Shown here: in pieces, positions 1 to 9,912 of the stretch | Layout of the letters: each line of letters starts with the position of its first letter | How positions within the stretch are numbered: the stretch's first letter is position 1 | Source: the human T2T-CHM13v2.0 reference genome, Homo sapiens | DNA: 64,000 nt | Strand: one strand, 5' to 3' | NCBI RefSeq assembly: GCF_009914755.1 | Contig: NC_060936.1 | The notes under the pieces: model-generated | Told to the model about the DNA's origin: nothing | The model's input: only the letters and a program-made list of their open reading frames with translations | The model's database searches: none | Translations under genes and position numbers: made by a program

Positions 1-39
1 ATAAAGAAAACACTAATACAAAATAGGGATCTGATAGGC

Positions 40-460
40 AGCGAGTAGGGATGGAGGCTACCTTAGCATGGCCTGTCTGAGGAGATGGCATTTGGACTGA
101 GACCAGAAGGAGGCGGACGAATCAGTCATGCAAAGGGAAGAGGCAAGTGGGCCCAGAAACAGCAGGAATAGCAAGTGCAAGGGCCTGAGGTGGGACCAAT
201 CTTGGCTGTATTGTTGCTGTTGATCTGTTTGTTTCATTTTGCTTGAGAGGCAGAAAGGATCACCTAGCTGGAAAGCAGCATGAGATGAACTTAGAGAAGG
301 AGGCAGTAGCCGATCACATAGGGGTTTTGATGCCATAGTAAGGGCTCTGGATTACTGTATTCTGTGATAAAAGCTCACTCTGGCTGCTTCCTACAGTGTG
401 GGTTGAGGGAGCAAAGACAGAAGTGGGGAGGCCAGCAAGAAAGCCGATGCATATTCAGAT
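40..460 (-). mobile_element. L2 LINE fragment
   Basis: Typical antisense L2 motifs (gaggagatggcattt, gcaagtgcaagggcctgagg). Confidence 0.55.
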
Positions 461-499
461 GAAAGAGCCTGGCACCTGCTAAACGCTAAAGTGCAGCAA

Positions 500-700
500 T
501 CTCACTGAATCCTCACAGCTGCAAACCTTTATCATGCCCTTTGTCATACAGAGGAGAAAACTGAGGCTTCGGAGGCATTGAATAGCTTGCCCAAGGTCAC
601 AGAGCCTAACTCTAACCCTGCCCTTAGCTGACGTAAATAGCAGAGCTTGGATTCGAGCCCTCGCAGTCTGATTCCTGAGCCTACCTGACCCGGTGTCATA
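500..700 (-). mobile_element. MIR SINE
   Basis: MIR core gaaaactgaggc...ttgcccaaggtcacag. Confidence 0.7.
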
Positions 701-924
701 AACATCAAAGTCCCTTTGAGTCAGGTGGTGAGGCTGGGGAGGCCCCCAGGAGGGCTTAGTCCTTCCTGAGACTCTACCTCTTTGGATGGATGCTGCAGGA
801 GCCACTGCCCTCTAAAATGCTCTCTTGAATCAAGGACAAACCGTCAGACCTGGTCCTGTCCTGCCACTACCTGTCCTGGGTACCAGTGGAGGTGGGAACT
901 CATTTCTGCAGACAACATGAATTA

Positions 925-1130
925 TTTTATTTTTACAAAGACTTTTGCTGAGGCATAACTTACTATAGTGAAGTGCGTTCGTCTTCAATGTACAGATAAT
1001 TGGGTTTTTACAGATGAACCCCCATTCCCCACCCCTTACCCCGTGTAACCACTATCTAGGTCAAGATGGGGAGCATCCCTCACTCATATTCAGGACAATC
1101 TTTAAGAGTAACATTTATGCCCCCAAACAA
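925..1130 (-). mobile_element. Old L1M 3' fragment
   Basis: ttgctgaggcataacttac...tgtaaccactatctaggtcaagat resembles an L1MB/ME 3' end. Confidence 0.45.
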
Positions 1131-1714
1131 AGCATGTCTGCCCTACAGCAGTTTTTGCCAAGATCTCCCGCCTCCCCTTCAGCCAGGATTCTGCTGGAAA
1201 CTCCTCAGGGGAGCCCAGACCCTGGGCAGAAATTCTTTACAGCAGATTAGCACCAAAGTGCTTGTCAATAAACTAAGAAGTGAAGCAGGGTGGCTTGGTG
1301 AATGCTCAGGTCTCTGGGGTGATGGTGTTTTAAGAGTGACTCAGGTGAGCATTTTCACACACTTCTCATCTCCCAGCAGTCAGTGAGGCAGGTGGTCTCC
1401 ATCTTATTTGCAAAGAGGTCTCAGTTTCACCATCTGTGAAATGGGGGAACAGGAAGGGACAAACTTGAGGAAGTAGTCCTTTCCAAACGCAAAAACCCTA
1501 AGATTCTCAGGGTTGTGAGAAAGTGACAAGCCCATTCAAATGCAATTTCCTCCTCTCAAGGAAAAAGCAATTCCTCAGACTCCCCGACTCCCACATCTTC
1601 AAAATTTGACATGGGAAAGAGAATATGTTCTTGTCCTCTTCTCTCCAGGGAAGGGTCTCTACAGAGGACATTTTGCATTTGCACATTTCTGGGGAAAACA
1701 GCAGGAGCTTTCAA

Positions 1715-1900
1715 GATAAACATACTGGGGTTTGAATCCCAGCTCTGTCACTTACCAGCTGTGTGGCATCGGGCAAAGTCACTTCACCTTTCTGAACCTC
1801 AATCTCTTCACTTGTGTATGGAGATAGCAATACCCCTACTGTGAAATCCTTGTTGCAAGGACTCAATGAGACAATGAAACTGAAGAGCTTGCCCAAAACT
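1715..1900 (+). mobile_element. MIR SINE
   Basis: tttgaatcccagctctgtcacttaccagctgtgtgg...gaacctcaatctcttca core. Confidence 0.7.
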
Positions 1901-2429
1901 TAGACAAGGCTGAATTAGTATTTGCTATTATTACTGCTGTTGCTGTTTCTGCATCTTTGAGCACAAGGTAAGTGTTTTATAGACCTGTGCTTCTTCCTCC
2001 CTCACCAACTCTCATCTTGCCCCCACCTGTCTATTGACTAGATACCTAGAGCAGTAGCTGCCTGACTTGTCTGGGGGTATCCCCATATCCCAGGGGGAGA
2101 GACTTCTGGAAGATTCCCCAGGACAGAACTCAGGTGACCCCCAAGGTCAAACCCCAAGTCCAAGTGCTTGGCATCTCATCTGTATAAAGTCCCCACAGCA
2201 CAACCTGCAATTGCAGCATTAACATGCCTCTGTTCCTCTTAGGTTAATATATGTATTATTTATAGGGCTTTATTATGTGTTCAGAGGGCTCCCCTGAGAA
2301 ATATAATTGTGCATTGGGTGGTACATTTGAATAATATTTACAATTAATTTCAGACAATAAAGCAATGCACCGAGGCCTCTGTGTAGCAGAAATGGGCCCT
2401 GGGTTGGTTTCCCACTAACCACTCCCCTG

Positions 2430-2900
2430 AGAAAGCTTGGGTAGCTTTTAAATATCTTTCCAATAGTCCATTTCTCTCCAGCATCGCTTCTGTTTCCCCA
2501 GTCCAGATTCCACCATGGCTCATCTGAGGCTGCAGTAGCCTCCGGGCTTCCCACTCTGCCCCTCTCCAACCTGTCCTCCCCAGAGCAGCTAGGGGCATTG
2601 TTCCAGCATGCAGATCTGAGCATGGCACTCCCCTGCACATGGCTGCCGCATCTCAGGGTGAAGGTCTCCCCCACTGCCTGGCCCTTCCACTCCACCCCCA
2701 CCTGGTCTCACTCATCCTACACCCTCCTTGCAGCCAGCCCCCCACCCCCACCACTTCCCGTCACTGTGAGCATTGCTCCCTCTTGCATCAATGCCACTGC
2801 CCCTGCTGTCCCCTCCACCTGGAGCACCCTCCTCCTGCACCTCCTTACCACATCCGTGCCCACCCATCTTCCACATGTCAGCTCAAGTGTCCCCTCCCCA
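2430..2900 (+). mobile_element. L2 fragment
   Basis: gctgcagtagcctcc, ccagagcagctagg, ctcagggtgaagg and gctcaagtgtcccctccc are L2-like segments. Confidence 0.5.
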
Positions 2901-2954
2901 AGGAAGTTTCCTTAGTCTTTGGACAGGATCGGATCCCTCTATAATGTGTGTGCA

Positions 2955-3237
2955 GGCCTGGCACCATGGCTCACGCCTGTAATCCCAGCACTATGGACGT
3001 CTGAGGCAGGAGGATCACTTGAGCCCAGGAATTCAAGACCAGCCTGGTCAACATGGAGAAACCCTGTCTCTACAAAAAATAAAATAAAATAAAAAATACA
3101 AAAATTAGCTGGGTGTGATGGCATGTGCTTGAGGTTCCAGCTACTCCGGAGGCTGAGATGGGAGGATCACCTGAGCCCAGGGAGGTCAAGGCTAAAGTGA
3201 TCGTGCCATAGCATTCCAGCCTGGGCAACAGAGAAAA
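2955..3237 (+). mobile_element. AluJ
   Basis: Dimeric Alu with J-type GGAGGATCACTTGAGCCCAGG. Confidence 0.9.
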
Positions 3238-3409
3238 CATTTCCTGGGGTTGTTTCCCATTGGGGGACGTGTATAATTTTGATTATTGGCTGTCTCTCTC
3301 ATAAGTCAATGAATGAGCTCAGGAGGACAGAGGCTGTGTACGTCTTGATCATCTCTCTGTATATAGTGCCTACCACAGAATTAGCAAAAGAGTAGCTGTT
3401 AAATACATT

Positions 3410-3885
3410 TTAATGGAATGGATGAATGGGTGGATAGATAGATGGTTATGTAAGTGAATGGGTGAGTGGATGGATGGCTAGGCGAATGTTGAGATGAATG
3501 GCTGGGTGAGTGGATGTCGGAGTCAGTGGGTAAGTGGGTGGATGAGTGGATGTTGGGGTGGATGGGTGAGCTCATCTTGGGATAATGGGTGGGTGGATGG
3601 GTGAATGGATCTTGCGGTGAATGAGTGGGTGAATGGGTGGGTGGATGTGTGGGTGGATATTAAAGTGAATGGATGGTGGATGTGTGAGTGGATATTGGGG
3701 TGAATAGATGGTTGGATAGGTGGGTGGATCTTGGGGTGAATGAGTGGGTGAATGGGTGGGTGGATGGGTGGGTGAATCTTGGGGTGAATGGGTGGATGGG
3801 TAGATCTTGGAGTGAATGGGTGGGTGGATAGGTGGGTGGATGTTAGGGTGAATGGGTTGGTGAAAAGGTGAATGGATGAATGTGT
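3410..3885. repeat. (GGAT/GGGT/GAAT)n degenerate tetranucleotide array
   Basis: Visible directly in the sequence. Confidence 0.9.
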
Positions 3886-4280
3886 CACAGGAGCATCTGT
3901 CCTTGGGCCACCTGATGCAGTGCCAAAGAGTATAGACCTGACCATGAGGAGGCCTGGCTTTATGTCCCTTATCTGCTAGGGTTTACTATATTATCTTGGG
4001 TGAGTAACTACCTCTTTCACATCCTCAGTTGCTAGAAAAGCAAAATAAGTGAAAAGAATTTTTTTCAAAATGCAAATTTCTTGGAGCTCGAAGGTTTGAG
4101 AATGGCAGGTTGGGGACTTCAGGGCTTCTCCTGCTGCCCACAACATAGCTCTGTGACTTTGCACTGGCCGCCTCACCTCTCTGAGCCTCAGCTGCTGTTC
4201 TGTGAAGTAAGTGAGGAAGGCAAAAGGGAGGTGATGGCAGGAACCCCCAGAACTGAGCCACACACTCTTGCTTCAGTCTC

Positions 4281-4286
4281 TTTATT
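4281..4286 (-). terminator. Distal polyadenylation signal AATAAA
   Basis: TTTATT on plus strand; on minus it is followed by GU-rich GTGTGTGG and TTCTGGGG. Confidence 0.7.
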
Positions 4287-6494
4287 CGAGAGAAACTTTG
4301 TCCTCAAAGGGAAGAAGTAAGAAGACCCCCTGCTGAATTATTTCACAGTAGAAATAGTAGATTCCTCTCTGGTCCTAGATACCACCCCCAGCAGCAATTT
4401 TCCAAACCCAGGATTTGGTAACCTTGGGCCTAGGGCATCCCAGCCCCAACAAGAGCATAACATGTTAGGGAGGAACGAGAGAGGGAGGCAGGGCAGGAGT
4501 TGAGGAATCACCGACCACTTTCATCCAAACCAGACACCACCTCGTTTTGCAGAGTCCTCAGGGGAAGCTCTCAAAACCTCAGTTCCCTCATCTGTGAAAT
4601 GGGAGACATCTGGGCAAGATGAGTTTGAAGGTCCCTTATGGTTTTCACGATTGGATTCTATCTTCTCCCACCCATCCAGGCTCCCAACCCCACCAGAGCT
4701 GACTCTGGGGTCGAATTTGAGCCAATCCCCTCCCTTTGTCAGTGCCCAGTTTCCTCACCCCTTCTGAACCTTGCTGCCAGAATCTCTGTGCCTCTTCTCT
4801 GGAGAAGGACCCAGGAACCTGCAGGGCTCTGTGCGCTCTGGGAATTATCTAAGGCTGGCAAAGGCATCCCGGTGCTTGAGGCCCTTCGTGTTCTTGCTCT
4901 TCCCTTCTCCCTGTCCTTGCTGGCTCAAGGGTCAGCTGGAGATGGTTCTGAAATCAAATTCCTCCCACTCTTTGGACTTCCATTCCTCTCCCCTTCTCTC
5001 TTCTTTCTTTCTTCCTTGTCTTTTCCTTCTTCTTCTCCCCACCCTCTCCTTCCAAGGGCTGAAGAAGTTGGGCATTCAGGCAGCTGACCTGATTCAAAGC
5101 CCAGCTCCATACCTCACTAGCTGTGCAACTCTGAACTAGTGAAGTCTGTTCTTGAAACAGAAACTCACTTTCTGCACCCCCCCCCCACCTTGCTATGATG
5201 GTCCCCTTCTGCCAGGGCCAATTTGAGGTTTCAGTGTTTGTGCCTGAACCATCGTAGGTGCTTCATGAATGCCAGATCCCTTTCCTTCATCATCATGCTC
5301 TGGGACCTTTCTGTCCCCTCTCCTGTCCCTCCCCTATCCTCAAACACCATCTTCTTTTCTTTTCCCTCTACCTCTTGTCCTCACGATCCCTCAGCTCCCC
5401 CACCCCACCCAGGAGGCAGGGCTAAGTAAGGCCCCATCACTGAGTCCTGGGCCCAGAGAGAAGGCTCTGGGCACTAAGTATGTTGGTTGCCTGTGCAGCA
5501 GTGCAGGTGAGCACACTTTGCACACTGCAGGGACGATATATGCATGACCCATGGAGATGTTCACATGAAGCTGTGGGGACAAGACTGTATGGGATGTTAA
5601 GGCTGCATTTAAGTACTTGACAGGAACCTAAGTCAGAACAGGAAGACCCACAGAGCAGCCAGAAAGAGGGAGGCCAGACTCTAAGGAGGAAAACAGCCGG
5701 TTTGAATTGTGCTCCTGTTTATCAGCTTTTCCAATGACAACATGAATTCCTGGCTCCCCCATCCTGGCCTGGACTGCCAGAAGCCCAGGAAAAGCAGCAT
5801 CCTACAAGCCAGGAGGGCCAAGGCGCTGACGACTGCTGCTGTGACCCGGGACAGGTCCCATCCCATCTCGTGCCTCAGTAAATGTGGGAAGAGGGGAGAT
5901 GGGGGCCACTGAGCAATATTTAAAGCTCCCTTTTTGCTCTCAAACCGTCTATATTCAAACTCTTTAAAGCATTCAGAGGCTCCAGCTTGGGATCAATTCA
6001 GAGCTGCCTTGTCATAAGCATTAAGGCACAATAAGGGAAGGAACAGTTTGTCTCTTAATGAAGTGTGATTCCAAACAGCCCATGGCCTCGGGAACTCGCC
6101 CAGCGCGGGGTAGACATTGCATCTGTTCATTGCATCTTGTTGGAGAATCAGCTTAACAATGAAGGGACTTGGAAGAGAACAGAATGTGGACACTTAGGAG
6201 CCAAAGGGCCTCAGGCCCACAAGGGACTGCCTCCTGCCAGCTTTCCCTCCCCATTGCCTTGATCTCTGGAGACATAGGAGGTGGGAGCCACGGTAGGAGG
6301 CTGTTAATGGCTGTTGAGGGAGCTGGAAGCCAAGTGCATTTTCTCTGCCATGTTGCATCATTTTTGAAAACTATTTGCAAAGTTTCTTAAAGGCCATTAA
6401 GATGTTCATCCTCATTTGCAGAAAAATCAATATTTATGGCAAAAATCTCCAAACTTTTTAAGTCCTTCCCAACTCTGCAGCCTCATTTGAGCCA

Positions 6495-6870
6495 GGCAAA
6501 CTGAAGTTCAAATCCAAGCTCCGGCAGAGACTAGCTGGGTACCTTTGGGCAAGTTACTTAACCTCTCTAAGCCTCAGATTCCTCCTATGTAAAAGGGAAG
6601 TTATAACCATACCTAACTCAGGGTTGCTGTAATGATTAAATGAGAAAACATATGTAAAGTGCATAATATAAAAAGTGCTAAATAAATGTAGGCTATCAAT
6701 ATACTAGAATAATCTCCACAGATAAATTCCAAATAGAAGAACAGAGTTTCTGGAGCCAGACGGAGCCAGGTTCAGATCTTAACTCTGCCACTGATTAGCT
6801 GTGTGATGCTGGGCAAGTTACTTTCCCCATCTGGGCCTCAGCTATGTCATTTGTAAATGGGGCTATGACA
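6495..6870 (+). mobile_element. Two MIR SINEs in the 3'UTR
   Basis: gggcaagttacttaacctctctaagcctcag, with a second core at ~6760-6865. Confidence 0.7.
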
Positions 6871-7129
6871 CTCTGTGGCCACAGGGACGTGTCAGTATTA
6901 GATGAGAAAAGCCATGCCAGGCACCTGTATCCAGGAGGTATTTGGTGTCTGCAGCTCAGAAACACAGTTCAAGGAGTCCAGCTCCAGACTCTGTCTCAAG
7001 TGACTGAGTCCTCGGACATACTCTTCTTCCCAGGGGACTCTCCGGAGTTGCTTCCCAAAGCTGCATTTTGGACCTGTCTCCAAAGGCGTTGAGGAAATTA
7101 ACCAGAATGAGAAGCCCCACCACCAGTGT

Positions 7130-7135
7130 TTTATT
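7130..7135 (-). terminator. Candidate proximal polyadenylation signal AATAAA
   Basis: TTTATT on plus strand, ~930 nt after the stop codon; U/GU-rich sequence downstream on minus. Confidence 0.35.
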
Positions 7136-8062
7136 CTAAGCACCTCCAGCCAGAGCTGAGTGGATTAGGAAAGGCAGAAAAAAATCCCTGTGATGGGGTG
7201 AGGGCTGCTGGTGAAGATGCCTGCCACAACCCCACCCCCAGGTAAGAGGGGCAAGGTGAGATCAGGGGCTGGCACCACCCTGACGCCCCAAATAGCTCCA
7301 GCCTAAAGCACCATCAGCCTGCGATGTTCTAGGGTGAGCTGCTCCATGCCTGCATCCTTTAAAGGTTCTTTTCTCCTTTCTCATTTCTTTGCCAAATCTC
7401 AAGTCCTCGTTGCATCCCTCACTTGTCTTGCCCTTGCAAAGAGCCCACAGGACCTCTCAGGACCAGTTCTCTGTCTTCCTAGCTGATCCGAAAGCCAAAT
7501 TCATGGCCTATGGAGTTCATGGGCTGATATGTCACCTTCCTCTCCCAGATCACCTATGCATTTCCACATACTTTAACACAGAGCAGTGACTTGAAGGTAG
7601 GGTTTTCTGGCCAGCTACTGATAATATATATACAAGGGCCAAGTGTGATCTGCATCACACTGGGTTTGCTCTGACCCCCTCACTGCTCACACCAGGAATG
7701 GACCTTGGAGAGTGTCATTTCTGGGGCACACACAATAGGCAGCTTAATCCCACCGCCCTATGCCAATCCCAGTTCATGGCAATGCTTTTGAGAATTCTTC
7801 CTTTTTTGCTTTGAGTCAGTCAAGGCTGGCCTCCCAAGAAGCATAAATTGCTAGTCCAAGGCTGTATGGAACACAGCATGTTCTGTCCACTAGAAGAAAG
7901 GGGTTCCAGGCCCTAGATTCCCAGCATAAAACACTGTTCATCCCATGCAAAATGCAGTGAAAATTGGTGGATGCTAAAGAGGTTCTTGCCTTGATCTTCA
8001 GAAGACATATCCTTGGGTGTCCCTGGGTTGAGAGAGTCCATTGAGGGGTTCCACAGTGAGGA

Positions 8063-9181
8063 TCAAAGCATGCCGGTCTCCCTCTCATTCATAGAAGTCC
8101 TCTCATTCATTGATGACATCTTGGTAAAGCTTCTATGGCTGGGGTAGGAAGAGTGGCCTGTATCTTCACTTAGAGCATTGACCAGGCGAGAGAAGAGGGC
8201 CACCTTGAACTTCTTGAAGTCCTGACCCATGAAAACATACAGAATGGGGTTCATGCAGCTGTTGGCAATGGCAAGGGCAGTGGCCAGGGGCAAACCCAGG
8301 CTGAAGACAGAGCCAGGCATGGCAGTGTGGTGGAGCTCTAGGAGGTTGAGTGTGTGGTAGGGGCACCAGCAGAGGAAGAAGGTAATGATGATGGTCACAA
8401 TAATCTTGAAGGGCTTCTTGGTCTTGGCCAGGCGGTTGCGCTGCAGTTTGCACACGATGGTGAGGTAGCAAGCTGTGATGATGAGGACTGGGACCAGGAA
8501 GCCACAGAGGAAGCGGGTGACAGTCACCACCATGTGCCGGCTATACCCCACAGGGTCCATTTGGGAGTGAGTGGGCCACGAGGAAGACCCAGGTGTGGAC
8601 AGGCTGAAGTTGTTGAAGCAGGATATTTTCCCATGCAGGTTGGCTGTGTCCCGGAAGACGAGAGATGGGGAACTCAAGAAGAAAGCCAGGACCCAGATGA
8701 CCATGCAGGCCATGTAAGCCAGGCGAACGCTGCGGTGGTTCTGGGACCAGACAGGGAGGAGCACAGAGATGCAGCGGTCAGAGCTGATGATGGTCAGCAG
8801 GAAGACGCTGGTGAACATGTTGTGGATGAGAAGGAAGTTGCTGATCTTGCACATGGCTGTCCCGAAAACCCAGTGGTAGTCCATGGCGGCATAGGTGATA
8901 TGGATTGGGAGGAAGACGTTGAACAGGAAATCTGCCACTGCCAGGTTGAGGAACCAGACCATGTTCACTGTCTTCTTCATCTTGAAGGTGGCAATGATGA
9001 TCACCAGACCATTGCCCAGAATCCCGAGGAAGCAGACGATGCTGTAGACCACCACCAGGAAGATCCTGGTCACCCTGGCTTCCAAGGGGGATAAGTCCTC
9101 CAAAACCACAATGGAGTCTAAATAATCAGGGTATTCATCACCGTAACTGATGGAAGTGTTGTAATCTTCATCCTCCATTCT
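8063..9181 (-). CDS. CMKLR1: Chemerin chemokine-like receptor 1 (ChemR23), main coding exon. 373-aa isoform with the ATG from exon 3; 371-aa isoform from the ATG at 9178
   Basis: ORF encodes a 7-TM class A GPCR (GN in TM1, LAVAD, DRC in place of DRY, CWCP, NPILY). Protein (R)MEDEDYNTSISYGDEY...ETGML recognised as human CMKLR1. Acceptor ctcttgcag|AGAATG at 9182/9181; stop TGA at 8065-8063. The ORF-track start at 9187 is an intronic TTG. Confidence 0.98.
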   Translation of the reverse strand, partial: RMEDEDYNTSISYGDEYPDYLDSIVVLEDLSPLEARVTRIFLVVVYSIVCFLGILGNGLVIIIATFKMKKTVNMVWFLNLAVADFLFNVFLPIHITYAAMDYHWVFGTAMCKISNFLLIHNMFTSVFLLTIISSDRCISVLLPVWSQNHRSVRLAYMACMVIWVLAFFLSSPSLVFRDTANLHGKISCFNNFSLSTPGSSSWPTHSQMDPVGYSRHMVVTVTRFLCGFLVPVLIITACYLTIVCKLQRNRLAKTKKPFKIIVTIIITFFLCWCPYHTLNLLELHHTAMPGSVFSLGLPLATALAIANSCMNPILYVFMGQDFKKFKVALFSRLVNALSEDTGHSSYPSHRSFTKMSSMNERTSMNERETGML

Positions 9182-9329
9182 CTGCAAGAGAAGACAGGGA
9201 CCATTAGAGGAACCCTAGAGTTGGCTTTAAGAGGTTGACCAATACCAGCAAGACCAACAATGTTCCCCCTGACTCTGAGCAAGTCCAGTTTTGTGATTTA
9301 ACCATTTCCTTCTTTGCTATTTTATTTAT

Positions 9330-9560
9330 TGAACAAATGCCTCTCTGGTACCTCCTACATGCCAGGCACTATTGCATTCTACACTCTCTTAATCTTCACA
9401 GTAACTCAATGAGGTAGGTAGGTTATGAGCCTCAACTTACAAATGAGGAAACTGAGTCACAGAGAGCTTATGTCATTTGCCTGAAGTCCTACAGCTAGGA
9501 AAAGGCAGACCTGTGATTTGAATCCAAGCTTCAGAGTCTATCCTTTTGACAACCATGTTT
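9330..9560 (-). mobile_element. MIR SINE in intron 3
   Basis: tgaggaaactgagtcacagagag...gatttgaatccaag. Confidence 0.7.
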
Positions 9561-9810
9561 TCTGTCTGCTTGGGGCCCTGTCTTCCTCTAGAGCCTAGTG
9601 GGGGAGACAATTGTTCATCAAAAAGTCCCTCAAATAATGGGAACATTGCAATAATGCTAAGTGCAATGAAGAAGAGGTACATGGTGCTGTGAACTTGATT
9701 CCAACATGCTTCTAAAACCAAGTGGACAGCCTTGTTGTGATCCCCCTGTGCACCCAATCTGTCAGTGGTCACTGGTGCCCTTTGGAGTTCAGACCACAAG
9801 ACTTCCTCAC

Positions 9811-9813
9811 CAT
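9811..9813 (-). CDS. CMKLR1: Start codon of the long (373-aa) isoform, the last 3 nt of exon 3
   Basis: Minus strand ...GGTGAATG|gtgagg. Spliced to AGA ATG GAG it gives MRMEDED, the known N-terminus. Confidence 0.9.
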
Positions 9814-9886
9814 TCACCGTTATGTTGTCTGCAGCTCTCCAATGTGAGTCCTCAGCCAATCAGTCCCTGTACACAGCTAGAAACAC
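9811..9886 (-). other. CMKLR1: CMKLR1 exon 3 (76 nt, 5'UTR plus ATG)
   Basis: Acceptor T18-ccctacag|GTGTTT at 9887/9886; donor ATG|gtgagg at 9811/9810. Confidence 0.9.
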
Positions 9887-9894
9887 CTGTAGGG

Positions 9895-9912
9895 AAAAAA
9901 AAAAAAAAAAAA
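9895..9912. repeat. A18 mononucleotide run (T18 polypyrimidine tract of exon 3)
   Basis: Direct count; ends 6 nt before the acceptor AG. Confidence 0.9.

Larger units (their letters stand above)
4266..8062 (-). other. CMKLR1: CMKLR1 3'UTR (~3.8 kb, contains MIR remnants)
   Basis: Runs from the stop codon to the AATAAA at 4286-4281; cleavage site approximate. Confidence 0.7.

Noticed and set aside
3523-3945. 140-aa His/Pro-rich ORF
   Set aside because: Translation of the (GGAT/GGGT)n repeat.
8354-9094. 246-aa plus-strand ORF antisense to the CMKLR1 CDS
   Set aside because: Non-ATG start. Stop-free antisense frames are expected opposite GC3-rich coding sequence, and no domain is recognisable.
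9182-9187. ORF-track N-terminus 'MQR' (374 aa)
   Set aside because: TTG CAG is the intron acceptor. The real starts are the ATGs at 9813 (spliced) and 9178.
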